DNA of 64,000 nucleotides. Origin: Trichinella spiralis (lineage: Eukaryota). Every line of letters starts with the position of its first letter. Within the stretch, counting starts at the first letter, position 1. The stretch covers positions 9,284,849 to 9,348,848 of the forward strand of contig NW_003526943.1 of NCBI RefSeq assembly GCF_000181795.1, written 5' to 3'. This document shows, in pieces, positions 39,975-52,767 of this stretch. The notes under the pieces are model-generated. The model did no database searches. It saw only the letters and a list, made by a program, of their open reading frames with translations, and was not told the DNA's origin. The translations under genes and the position numbers were made by a program.

Positions 39975-42098
39975 ATGCGTCGCTCTATTGTACGTGGAAT
40001 TCCAGTAGAAATTCTGGAAGATGAAAGATTGAATGCTGCTGTTAATATGGTGAGGAAAGTTTTACAAAATAAAAGCAGTATAGTGTATTCTGTCAGAAAT
40101 AATTAGCTTTTTAAATTTAAATAAATGAAATAAAATGCTTAAGCACATTTAGCTTATTGTGTATGTTCACTTTCTGTTATTAGTTAACTGTATTTACTGA
40201 ACGTGTAAACCAGTACATTTCTTTTAGCTTCCTTCGAATTATGACTTTGAAATCCATAAAACTATATGGAAAATACGACGAGAAAAAATCAAACGAGGTA
40301 ACTTCGCTTTATCGTGACTTGTGAATCAAGTGTAAAGTAAATCACGAAAGCTTTGTGAATTGATTTTAGTTTATCTGCAATTTCCGGAAGGATTGCTATT
40401 GTTTTCATGTTTGATTGCGGATATTCTTGAAGAATTTGGTCCTTGTGAGACGGTAATTTCTTGTGATGTTGTTTATGGTGCTTGTTGCGTTGATGATTAC
40501 GCAGCGAAAGCTTTCGACTGTGATCTGTTGGTGCACTATGGTCATAGCTGTTTAATTCCAGTTCAAGATACGACTGGTTGTTCAGTGCTTTACGTTTTTG
40601 TTTCGATAAAATTCGATACTGGTCACTTTATTGATACAGTTCGACATAACTTTAATCCTAATAGTCGACTTGCACTTGTCAGCACTGTTCAGTTCATTAG
40701 CAGCTTACAGGTATACATTATATTGAGTTTGGATTACTGTATTTAATGAAAAGTTTATTGGATTTTCTTTCATTTTTTGCAATTTAATATTTTTTAGGCA
40801 GCTCGAAAAGCACTGTCAAACGATTTCAAGATTGAACTACCACAAGTAGCACCTTTGTCGCCAGGTGAAGTTTTAGGATGTACAGCACCAAGATTTAACG
40901 AGAATATGGATGCAGTAATGTATTAGTTTTCGAATTTTTTTAAATAATGTCACGTATTTTACTTTAATTTTGTATAGATTTGTTGGAGACGGAAGATTTC
41001 ATCTTGAGTCTGTTATGATTGCCAATCCAGACGTACCTGCATTTAAGTATGCCATTATTAACAGTTGTTTTACTTAATATGAATATTTTTTATTACTTTA
41101 TTTATTTAGCTTTATATCATGCGAAAAGTTAGAATTTTTAGAAAATATTAGATGTTGCTTCTTTATGGTTTTTTACATTCTTCTATTTTAAATAATTTGC
41201 GTCAGTGAAAGCATTTTAATTTTCATATTGTAGGTATGATCCATACGGGAAAAAATGTTTCAGAGAACATTACGATCATAAGACAATGCAAAAGCAACGC
41301 CGTCTGTCTGTGGAAATGGCTTCCAATTGTAAAAAGTTTGGTCTTATTTGTGGTGCTTTGGGAAGACAAGGAAATATTAGAATAATGGAGGTAAGTGAGG
41401 TTTTTATGCAACGGTTGGTATGATACAACCATTTGCAGACTGTTCGTGATCAGTTACTGGCTTCATGCAGAGAAGTTTTTGAGTTTGTTATGTCTGAAAT
41501 TTCGTTGGAAAAATTGTCCAGGTTCAAGAATATCGAATGGTATTGTTTGTTTTTGTTTTTATTTTATTCATAATTTAAATAATTTTTTAGTTGGGTTCAG
41601 ATTGCTTGTCCTCGGCTGTCTATTGATTGGGGTCTACAGTTTATTAAGCCAGTTATTACTCCTTACGAAGTATGTATGAATTGCACGAAGGAGAAACAGT
41701 TTAAATGATTTTTTCTTTCACTATTAAGCCCTTTACCAAACTGGTCGCATATGTTTGATCAGCATGGCAAGGGCTAAAATTATTGTTTTTCTGATAGCCA
41801 TTTAACGCTACAGAAAGTACATTATAAAAATTATATCATACTTTTATATTAATATATTTGTAAATTTTACTTTTATCTATTTTAATATTTATATATATAA
41901 AGATAATTTGTTGTGATTCAAGGTATAATTTAAAGAATAAAAATGCATATTTTTTTATAGTTAATGGTTGCAATGGATGGTATAAAATGGCAAAAGCAAT
42001 ATCCAATGGACTACTATGCATTTGAAAGTCTTGGTCCCTGGACGAACAATTTTGGCAGGCGTACCAAACAGCGTGTTAAAATGCGGTGTACAAAGTGA
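39975..42098 (+). CDS. DPH1: Diphthamide biosynthesis protein 1 (2-(3-amino-3-carboxypropyl)histidine synthase subunit 1), about 383 aa
   Basis: Nine GT-AG exons: 39975-40049, 40228-40297, 40370-40710, 40798-40919, 40978-41046, 41234-41390, 41439-41539, 41591-41669, 41961-42098. Motifs [74 protein letters not shown]. Confidence 0.96.
41727..41775. repeat. Short imperfect inverted repeat (hairpin) in the last DPH1 intron
   Basis: AGCCCTTTACCAAACTGGTC ... GATCAGCATGGCAAGGGCT, flanked by TTAA and TAAA. Confidence 0.55.
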
Positions 42099-44395
42099 AG
42101 AAAATAATAACATTTTTTGAAGCATCGAAGAATGTCACTGATTGTGCGATGAGGATTTTGTATTTTATTTAAATAAGTTTTCTTTGTCTATTCTTGTATT
42201 TTTCAATGCAAATATTTAATTGTAAATGTAATTAACATTGAGGTTAAATTACATTTTAATTTTTATCTAAAATGATATTTTTCAAAATGAACCATTTATT
42301 TTTTTCAAAATTTTTCGTGATTTTAGTAATATGTAGCATCATGAAGAAATTTCAGTTCTTCCATATGAATTTCCGAAGCTATTCACTTTTTATTTTAAAG
42401 CATATATTTAAATTTTAATATTTTATATTAAAAAAAGCAATTGTAAAAATTGTAAAAATGAATTATAATTGTGTTCATGGTAGAATGAAATAGAATTAAT
42501 TCATTTAATAAATAATATTTTTTATCTATAAATTTCCACAAGGACAATTATATGATAAATTAATAATGAAGTATTGCACAGGAAATTAATACATGAGCTT
42601 ACTGCAGTTTTCAACAAATGTTATTCAGTGACAATGAAAATAGTTTTTCGAGAGCAAGAACTTCATTTCACGGAAAAAAGTTATCAAATGAGCATTGTTA
42701 TCAACGGATCAATATTTAAATAATTTGTGTTAAAAGTTACAAAAACGATTCATATTGTGCAGCCACGCAAGCATAGAAAATAAGCAAATAAGAATATTTT
42801 TTTAAGAGTCAGTTGTAAGCATTCCATGATTATTATTAAGGTATTACATGAGGTAAATTAATAATTGCATTGTAAGGCTGTAACATACTTTGTAAATATT
42901 TTCAATCCTCTGTGAACAAAGCATCGATACAAATAAATAAGTTGTGTCAATTTTTTATTTACAATTTCGGTGTAATTTTTATGTATGAAATCTGTTATTT
43001 CAAAAACAATTTGTTGGTTCAACATAACATTATCTGCTGAAATTCAAAGAACATTAAGCAAGTATTGAAATATGCATAAAAAGCTGCATCCAGCACAATG
43101 TTTCATGCTTATTGTTGCAAAACATACATTTTTGAAGATTACAAATATGCTGCAATTAAAGAAAAATATGAATATGAATAAAAGGAATCATAATAAAATA
43201 AAAGCTTCTGTGAAATAGAATGAACGAAAAATTCTAATAATTATATACAAAATATGAAAAAAAAGTTTGTTTTTCCTTTTATTGGCAATGCATCAAACAC
43301 TTTTTACAGAAGTTTAGAAAATCACTCTCATAGAATATTTTATAAATGGTGTAATCCATAAGTGACATAATGCTCAGAAAAAAGAGCTAAAGCATTTTTT
43401 TAAATAAAGGAGACTACACAACTTACTGTTATTTTTTGTATTAATATAAATGATTATGTTATAATAAGTCTGATACTGTAATTTTCACATTAATTTCTTT
43501 TTTTAACTTCAGAATCAGTCAGTTTCGAAAAATCAGTTGGAATTTTTTCTAATTACAAATTTTAATCAATAACCATTTTCATGTTGAGAATGAAATTTAC
43601 TGATACGTTATATGTTGAACATCAAATGATCACAGCATTCAATTATCTAGTTCATTCTTTTTATGTTCTTAGGCTTGGCCATATTAGCTGAATCAGAGTA
43701 AACTAACAATAATTATTTGAGTAAATGAAAGGGTTCCATTTTGAAAATTAAATTATATGAATTTAAAAAATAATAAAATTAAATAACCTATTAAACAAGA
43801 CTTTGAAATAAAAGATCACAGATTTATATAATTTCCTGAAAGTAATGAATTTGCAAAAATTAAATGAAAACGCTTTAAAAGTTTCATACATTATTATTAA
43901 AAATCAAATTGTATGCTAACAATCATGCTGCTGTAATGATTCTTAAGAGTAGAAAAGAACGCTTCTAGTTGCAATTTACAACGATATTAATCAATGCTTT
44001 AAAATAATCATTTAATATCATGAAGTTTTGATATTATGCGGAAGTTAAATTGCTTTCATAGAAATGATTTTTATATCTAATTCTGTAATAGAAATTTCAA
44101 TGCATGATAAAGAAAAATATTTTAGTTTTTTTAAATAAATGCGATGCAATGCATTTAATTTTGAAAATGAATAATTGTTTAGAAAAAATGTTTACATAAA
44201 CAATAAATGAATGCAAATATGATACGTCATTATTAATATTATTATTTATATTAAATAATATTTTTGCAGTTGTGCAAACGTGAGAACATATCTGTGTTAT
44301 ATGTATAAATAAATAAATAAATAACCATATGCATATATATATATAAGAATTAAAATGGCACCTGGTGCGCATGTTTCTGACATTTAAGAATTAGA

Positions 44396-45928
44396 ATGCA
44401 TATTTTGAAAAAGTGCATCATTTTAGCAACTGTAGCATTGTTGCAATGCAATGGAGAAGATGCTTCTACAGAAAGCTCATATCTTGCCAACCGAGCTGGG
44501 GAAGTTTTATTTCGAGTGTCTCAAAAAGAATTGTCTGGTCTGTTTAAGATTGTGACTCAAGTTGCGTCAGTTGTGAGAAATTCAACAGTCACTGTTTTTC
44601 AAGCAAATGTAGCAGATTCTAATTGCCGCGTTGCAGGTGTATGTCTCTTTTAAATTACATTCTCATCAGAGACATCTGACAATTAAACATGTTTCTCAAT
44701 TTTCCATATTTTCAGTCACCGTATAGAAGCTATGAAGCTGTGGCAGAAAATTGCCATCCAACATCAGATCCTGTAAAATGCACAATTCTGTATTATTTTG
44801 GAAATCCATTATTATCTGAAGTGAAATGCGAAAGCCGCGTCCCATTGGTAAAAGAATAAACTTTTTACATTATACCAACATAATGAAATAATCTTTAAAA
44901 TCATAGAGCGATTAAGATATTCGAATGAAGTTCATTCTAATTTCATTTATCAGCATTAAATGCATCTTCTTTTATTGAAATTTTAAAGGGAAATTTTTTT
45001 AATGAAATTAAAAGTTGTAATAATTATCACGGTTGGTATTATTATTAGAGACTTTTGGTTCTTTCAGAAAATTTCATTCCAAAATTCTCATTGGCTGTTT
45101 CTCCAGCTCTGTTTATTGGCTGAAAAATGTTACAGGCATTTGTGACCACGGAATTCCTTCCAATAAAAATTCAGAATTGTTGCTATCCTATTCGTAGTCG
45201 TAGTGTCGTTCGACTTTTATCTGAGCTGCAAGGTTTTTGTTCAGGTTGAGAAATTGGGCAATTCATATGCTAATTGTAACGTCAAAGTTGTCACATCTCT
45301 TTCAAAGCAACCATGGCCTTTGGATGGGCCACTTTTGCCTTTTGACAATTACTCTTTTACAAAAATTTGCTTTTAAATTCTTACAAGTATCAATTGCAAC
45401 ATTCGAATATTCTTTCTGGCATTTTTCTTACCAATATACAGGACTGAGAAAACAACCAAATCCAATAATTTTCAATGAGAACAAGATTAAATGTATTATT
45501 GATTAATGAATTAATCTTTTTTAAATTTTCAGGTTACACTAAAAAAAGAACAACAGCTAGGAAAGTTTGTAGAGTACGATGGTACGAATCCGAAGGTAAT
45601 AGAAAAAGTCCAAGAAGCTGTATTTGACTTTGACCAAAGGGAAAAGTCAAAAAAATATAGAAAATTAGTAACTGTTCAATGGGGTGCAACTAGAGGAATA
45701 TTGACCACGTTTGATGTTACTTTAGAAAAGACAAACTGTAAAACAGTTTCAGTAAGTCAATTGGTTTAACTAATTTTATAGTATATTGGATATAATATTT
45801 TTGTTTTTTAGCATTCATTTGAAACATATAAGAGTATGTCGGAAAGGTGTGATGGAACGGGAGTGACGCAAAAATGCATCGTTCAGTATAAGTTTTATGA
45901 TACGAAAACATCAGAAGTTCTTTGTTGA
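44396..45928 (+). CDS. Secreted two-domain cystatin-like protein (MCD-1-type), about 236 aa
   Basis: Signal peptide MHILKKCIILATVALLQCNG. Exons 44396-44638, 44716-44847, 45533-45751, 45812-45928, all phase 0. Two repeats with the pattern EAVF...KLV...GILTTFDV.LE.TNC...C...C.V.Y...EV.C. An unspliced exon 2 would stop at 44859, giving a one-domain form. Confidence 0.8.
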
Positions 45929-46414
45929 TTGAAAATTTATTATTATTATAAATTATTATTGATAAATATTTCTTTACACGTAATGCTTATTAGCCGTTGC
46001 TTATGCTGAATGTAAATTCAAGTATGTTCTACTACTAAATAGTCTTAAATTATTCAATGAAAGTGAAGTTTTCTAAGTATCATGCTATACTTTGGATGCT
46101 TATTAAATTTATGAATGAAAAAGCGCAACAAGTCTTTCATGTGTTTATAATAAGAATATTATTTTTACAAAAAAATGCAATGTAAAAATGACTATTTCAC
46201 GTCCAATAAATATTGTCACTATTACAATGTTATTGCATTATTGTTACACTAAATCAATTATTGAATGGCAAAAGGAGTTTTATTAAAAGTGCTAAACAAT
46301 TCAAATTTCTAAATGTTCACAAATTATTTATCATAAATTGCATCAGTAGAATAACTGAAACATTTAGTAGTATCCATTTTTATTTTTACATTAAACAACA
46401 AAAACACTTTCACA

Positions 46415-48973
46415 CTAAATAGTTTTAGCTTTAGGGGCAATGAAACGTCTAGGAGATGTTTTGTGCAGAGTTCCAGGATAAAAGAAATGCCAAAGACGTC
46501 TACGATATGGTGTGCCAATAGTTTTTTCAATTTCTCTTTTATACTTAATTGTCAACTGTTGCGGAGTCAATGGTTCTTTGTACAGATCGTCCGATAATTC
46601 AATTTTGAAATTTAACTGCGAATTTAACGACTGATTTGGCATCTCATAAAAATCATGTAAATCTATTTGTCGTCCTTGTTCACCAAATTTAAATTTCATT
46701 GATTTTTCCGTCAAGCCCCAAAGATTTTTCAAACAGTCCCTGGCTGCCATTTCTGTAGCAATCAACACACTTTCTCCTGCAGCTGAAAAAGAAAACAATT
46801 TATAATTTTTCATTCACAATTTTCCAATTAACATCTATACTAACATTCACCAATCAACTTTTTATCACAATAAATTCCAACCACGTACACCGGTGTTACA
46901 GTAAATTCACCTGACGATCGCAAAATTCTGAAAAGAATTTTTTTAATGATAATCGCACTGACGTACAAATATAATTTCGTGTAAAAAAACAACGACATTA
47001 AACCTAATACCTAGGTTCAGGAGTGCCACGATCATTTTTTTCCAATAAAGCAGTTAATATTTTCAAAGGTTCTTTGAAATACCACAGTTCATTTATATCG
47101 ACGTTGATTAGTTGAGTTAGAACAAAATCTTGAACAAAGTATCCAGCTTCCGCTTCATTTCCATCGAATAAAATTGCCCCAACAATAGATCGAAGTGAAC
47201 TGCTCATCAAAGAATTATTATATGGAAAATTCTGCAACAATTTCATAAAATCCAATCATAACAAACAACCACATGTTAACAGGCAATACTTACATCAGCC
47301 ATCAACAAATCATAAATCCCTAATTGTCTGGAAATTTTAGCCAATTTTTCCTCCGAAGTGATAAAATCATGGGCAGCTCGAAAAAAGCAAAACAAATGAT
47401 TAAAATATTAACAAACGATTAAAATATACAATTAATGCATTACTGAATTCCTTCTTCTGGGTAACGGGGAAGATGGTAGCGTAGATATGCCTTTACATAA
47501 GCAGATAGAAATTCACTTCCTAAATACAATTATCATGCCTAAAGAGAATTTGCAAAGAAACAAGTAACGACAGTTGATTACATGTAGTAATTTCTTTCAC
47601 TCCTTAATAATATCAAAATTCAAGAAAAGTGAAAGAGTCCATAAAATTTGGCTTAAAAATACAGACAACACAAAATCAAAGCTAGATGATAATAAGCTGA
47701 GCTTCCTCAGATTAACTTACGTTTTATAATTTTTAATTCAATTCCTAACTTTATGATTAACAAAATAAGAAAGAACAAAAATTTGAAAAACCTTTTCTTA
47801 TGAAATCTGTATTATCCTGAATATCAGTCAAAACAGAAGAAGCAAATTCTACATTGCTGCTTGCATCCAGAAGCTGCTTCCGTTCATCAATTTCTCTGAT
47901 GACATACGATCGATCAATCAACGCTCGTCGTAAAGTATCATCATTTAAATTGGTGCCAATGCGACTCTTTAGTGCAAACAGTTCTGCGTTGTAATTCCTT
48001 AAATTTATACATTTAATTTTCCATTTCATTAAATCATATATCATTCGTATAAACTATTGGAATTACGATGAATAAATTATCGCAATAAACGCATACATAT
48101 ATTTTTTTTCATTCGCTGTTATGTTTGCATAAAGTCAAACAAATCTCGAAATGTGAATCAATTTTGCCAAGTTATTGCTATTACTTCTTAAGTTACATAA
48201 AATCCCAACATTCTTTAAAATTCTTTTAAATCTCTCACTTCACTGCATTGAAATAAGATCAGTAAATTATTTATTTAATAATAATGGTGTAAGAAAGTAT
48301 ACATGACATAAAATACAACTTAAAAAAATAATTTCAAAAGTCGGTGTGCTACATCCATAAAATTTAGCTTAAAAGTGTAAAAAACACTAATGCAGCATAA
48401 ATTCAAATGCAACTTACACTGCTATGAAACACAAATAAAACACAAAAAATCTTATGCGGCAACTCTATAACTTATAAACTAATTAAAAACAATAAATATG
48501 CTCATCGTCTCCTATTAATTGATAGAAACTATGCTAAAATCATGCTATTAACAAAAAATAAGTTGAACAGCAATTTACACTAAACAAAAAAAATTTCATT
48601 TAAAGATTTCAAAAACTATCATCATGAACTAAACAAAAAGGTATAATTCGCTAGAATATAAATGCACATCGACCAAGAAATTCTACAATGCAACAATACG
48701 AAATAAAATTGCATACCAACTGGGAAATGATGAACGCGGTACATCTTTATCAGGACCAAGCAACACACGTCTACCCCACAAATCACGTATGTAATCCCGA
48801 TACCATTTTTTCTTATACCGGCCTATTAACAAACAAAATATCATTTTAATAAATGTTATACTTATATTGATATACTTATATATAGTTAATTAACACCAAA
48901 ATTTCATACATGATATTGTACGCAATGTGACGATTCGTTCAGACAAAATACGACCAATTAATGAAAATGGCAT
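46415..48973 (-). CDS. MRPL44: Mitochondrial large-subunit ribosomal protein L44 (RNase III-like + dsRBD), about 402 aa
   Basis: Exons 48973-48910, 48822-48717, 47997-47792, 47519-47444, 47378-47294, 47231-47011, 46927-46845, 46782-46415. Basic presequence; RSSFPSWNYNAELFAL, PEEGI, FVQDFV, PEPRILRSSG...PVYVVGIYCDKKLIGESAGES...A.EMAARDCL. Confidence 0.92.
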
Positions 48974-49394
48974 AGGAAAAAATGTCTAAAACGTATCACA
49001 AATAATTTACTATTCAATAAAGCATTTATATAAAAATTTTTGAAAAAAAATCAACACAACACATCACTTAAAAGATTTGTTTACTGTAATAATATACGAT
49101 TAACAAGTAGAAATGTTGTCATGTATTACAGTAAAAAACTATTTTAAACCATAGTAAGAAAATTATAAAAATTCAGTTAAAATAAAATTTTAAAATAAGG
49201 ATGTTGACTTGTTTCACTTTGGAACAATTTAAACAAATACTGCACAAAAAACTGAAGATTGGGTGCACGGTAATTGAAGAAAGCTTATGTTGGCGACAAA
49301 AACGCTGTCGCCTGCAAGCTAGTGGACGTTTTATTTGGCGGGTGGTCAGAGCGACAATCAGCATCTAACCATAGTTTTATTCACGTTTAGGCAG

Positions 49395-50500
49395 TAGGCT
49401 CCGTTGCCATTGAGAAAATTTCCAACATCTCCCACTTGATGGGCAGAGCCCATAATCTCTAGAAAGTTCTATCAAGACCAATGAACGGACTGATCTTCAG
49501 ATTATCCCAGTCGCGGTCTAAACTTTAGCGGACCGCACCACGCCATCAGCTCCAACGAAGACCTCGGCAATGCGGCCAAGTGGACACTTAAAGTGTCGCA
49601 ATCTTTCACCAGCACTACAACTCCCACCCGCGGTAAATTCTGTCGTTTCTGCCATTTCCCTCGAGTGGTTACAGTCACCACATACTGGCGTTTCGACTGC
49701 CTCCATAAGTTCCTTGCCTGTTTCCGTTAATAAGCTCATCTGCGGAGCATGTACTTAATTACGGCGGCGCTCATCGCATTTTGTGAAGCCGCGTCGTCTC
49801 TTACCACCGAAAACGAAGCCAAGTATCTCTTGATAAAAAAGAGGGCTGGACTCCACGCCATCTCTTTTATCGCTTTACTGCTCATGAGCGTTTCCGCTAA
49901 TCCAGCTTAGTCACTTATCGATGTCCAATGCCAGTTCCCTTTGGAAGGTCTGGTAGCGGATCTACCAGCGTTTTGTGATTTCTCCAGGAACAAGTCTAAT
50001 TGTCTGGAGTCGCAAAGAGATCGAAGAATCCTGGTTCGAAAATGGAGAGGATGGGATGGGCTGTTGGTGGTCTGAAAGGTACTGGTCTGGGTAGCGACTG
50101 CACTGGGCTTGGTTGGGATGATTCCGCTACACCTTAAGATAAGACCTAATGTGCAGGCTGATCTATTGGGCATCCTCCTCTGCTTCCGTCAGAGTGGCCC
50201 TTCAGTCAGACATCGCAAAGATGTATTTGCAAATTGGTCTGCATGAGAGAGATCATGACGTTTGCCGCTTTCTCTGGAGAAGGGATGAGGTTGGAAGTTC
50301 TCCATCTACGTATTGTTTTACGTGGATGTTTTGGTTTGACCTGCCTTCCTTACTTGGTCATGGAAAATGTAAATTCCCACCTGGAAGCACATCAGGACCG
50401 TTTCCCCACCATGTTGGACAAGATGAAATTTAAGATATATTTAGAGAATTTGGTCATGAGCTGTGAAAGCCTGCCCATCGCGAAGAGGGATATTCTTAGG
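49395..50500. mobile_element. BEL/Pao LTR-retrotransposon relic (rearranged)
   Basis: Plus strand 50150-50480: RT motifs VALQSDIAKMYLQIGLHERDHDVCRFLWR and CFGLTCLPYL with frameshifts. Minus strand 49518-49600: integrase C-terminal motif CPLGRIAEVFVGADGVVRSAKV. Locally GC-rich. Confidence 0.88.
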
Positions 50501-50639
50501 TTGTCCGCCCACGTTTACCCCCAATTTTTCTCATTGGCTATACACTAATAGGCTGTTCTATCATTTTGCTCATTGGCTGTTCCACTGATTCATTCACATG
50601 ATTGCCATATTGCGCTGTGTCAAGCCTGGGAGGTACCTG

Positions 50640-51177
50640 ATAGCGAAGAAAAAATATTGCGGGTAGTATCCTGCAAGTATATCCCAGAAATCTCAAGATC
50701 CACCCACAATTATTTTCAGCGTGCTAATAATGTGAAATGTTACTGCTAATGATGATTTATGACAGTTTAATAAATAGTTGCATAAATCACTAGTAACTGC
50801 TTTATATCAACACCTCACCATAAAATGCGACCACAGTGCAAACAGTGTTGAGCCTTCTGCAGTTGAGCCACAGACAGGAAAGTTAAAAAAATGCTGTGAA
50901 TTATGCCAGGCGCCGTGCTGCACAGAGCACGTCTACAAAATCTTTCCCAACTGTTACGACTGTCCCAGTACCTCCATATACGGGTCATTCTAATTCTACA
51001 AACGTTTATATGTTAAAAATTATTATTACTATTATATAGTCTATAAAGGTTTACAGGTACAATTTTAGTGCACTCAATGAAATAATAAGGTGAAAAACAG
51101 GCATTTCGTGTTTAGAGTCTAAAAGAGCCCAAAATTCCAAATACGCATATACTATGAAAAGGCCATATAAGGGTTAT
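50640..51177 (+). mobile_element. Probable piggyBac-like transposon 3' remnant
   Basis: Cys-rich CCELCQAPCCTEHVYKIFPNCYDC resembles the piggyBac C-terminal zinc ribbon. GGGTC...GACCC-like subterminal motifs and an AAGGG|TTAT end (degenerate GGG|TTAA) at 51169-51177. Confidence 0.55.
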
Positions 51178-51953
51178 TATTATTTGTGACATTTTCATAT
51201 TCATACTTCATTCTTGATGCTGTCGTGTACTCTTTTAATACTGAAAAAAACTGAAAATTTAGTTAAGAATAACCAAGTAAATATGTTGGAAACGACATCA
51301 AAAATGAATCATCGCCAATTAAAAAAATTTAAATATAATATAGCAAAACATTTCGATGTAAAATATAGTTTTCTTATGCTTGTCATAATTTTGCATTTCC
51401 AATGATATCATTATTGTTTTGGCCGTGCTGCTTACATGTGAGCAACCATTATTTAATCTGAAGAAAAAGCCCTACACTAAGAAGTTTCTTCGATGATTTA
51501 TTAAATATTTTACAATGTGATTGGTCTTATTTTTTAAAAATGCTTGAAGTATTACTTATCCTTGCACGGCTTATTATTAAACTCATTCCCTCATTTCCTT
51601 AGAGTTTTAAATTTGTCATGCTGCTGTCATGCATCTTCTATGCTGCTATAGAGATAAACATCAGTTTAGAAAGTAATTTAAAATATTTTTTCCAAAAAAT
51701 TATAAACTTTCTAATAAGAAGTTGAAGCTCTTTGCCACAATGGACAAAACGCAATTCAAAGTATAGAAATATAATTTCATCTTGTGATTGAAAAAAATAA
51801 TGTTCAGGAGTTACCTAATCAGTTAAATCATTATTTACTGTAAATTTTTTCTTCACTGTAAAGAAAAAAAAATCAAGTTAAAGCGCTAGCGGCTTTGAGC
51901 ATTAGAACAACTAGCACATTAAACTGTAAGCGCATCGATTCCGTTTTAACTCA

Positions 51954-52767
51954 ATGAAGTATGTTTTTCAATTATTATCAATTTTTCTAATCGATTTCTA
52001 ACATTTTACTATTACTGTTTTATTACTGTCTAATTTCTCTTATTGTTTTGCTTTGTTTTTTTTGTTGATAATAATCATTTTTACGGCAGCTTCATCTTCA
52101 ACTGACATTTTGATCTCTGTTTGAAGCTGTAGCTTTGATTTTTTTCATTGAAATTTCCTGCAGTCTGTTTTATCATTTAAAGCATATTTTATAAATATTA
52201 GCTGTATTCATATTTATTTATGCTATAATATTTAGAGACATGAAGGTCAATCATGAATGGCTACAACCTCGTTATCGTCTTTATCATGAAAATCCTCAGA
52301 ATCTGGATATTGTTAAATACGAAAAAGTTGTGTTTTCATGTCTGTTTTCTCAACCAAAAAAATGGATTGAATTTAGAAGGGCAATTTGGGCTTATATGAC
52401 AAAAAGGTAAGTTCTACAGGAATTCGCTAAATGTGATATGCATGTAACTTTAACGTATGTTGAATGTTATATGCCAAATGTTTTTCTGTTGATTTTATAG
52501 GAAAAGTCCAATGAGTTTAATTAAAACACTGTCGGCTTTGTTCATAAAGAAACCTCATTTAATTCCTGGCATCAGCAAATTGATGCCGAAAGGTTGCCGC
52601 ATTTGTTCAAAAAGAGGAAATACTTTAGTTTTTTTCCCAGGTGTTTTAACACCCAGTGTTTTGCGTAAAGTAAGTAATGTTTATGTAATTAATATTTTCT
52701 AAATCTTTTTTTATAGAAGAAAATTTTAAAGGAATTAAAGAGACTTTTTTGTCGAAAATATTTCTAA
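51954..52767 (+). CDS. Small stand-alone paired amphipathic helix (Sin3 PAH-like) protein, about 131 aa
   Basis: Exons 51954-51958, 52236-52406, 52501-52669, 52717-52767 (GT-AG, phases fit; alternative ATG at 52240). YEKVVFSCLFSQPKKWIEF...LIKTLSALFIKKPHLIPGISKLMPKGCRI aligns without gaps to the recalled Sin3 PAH1 sequence YLDQVKLQFGSQPQVYNDF...[29 protein letters not shown]. Confidence 0.75.

Noticed and set aside
45068..45232. Apparent extra exon in the cystatin-like gene after a TTTCAG acceptor
   Set aside because: Stops in all three frames; exons 2 and 3 join in phase without it.
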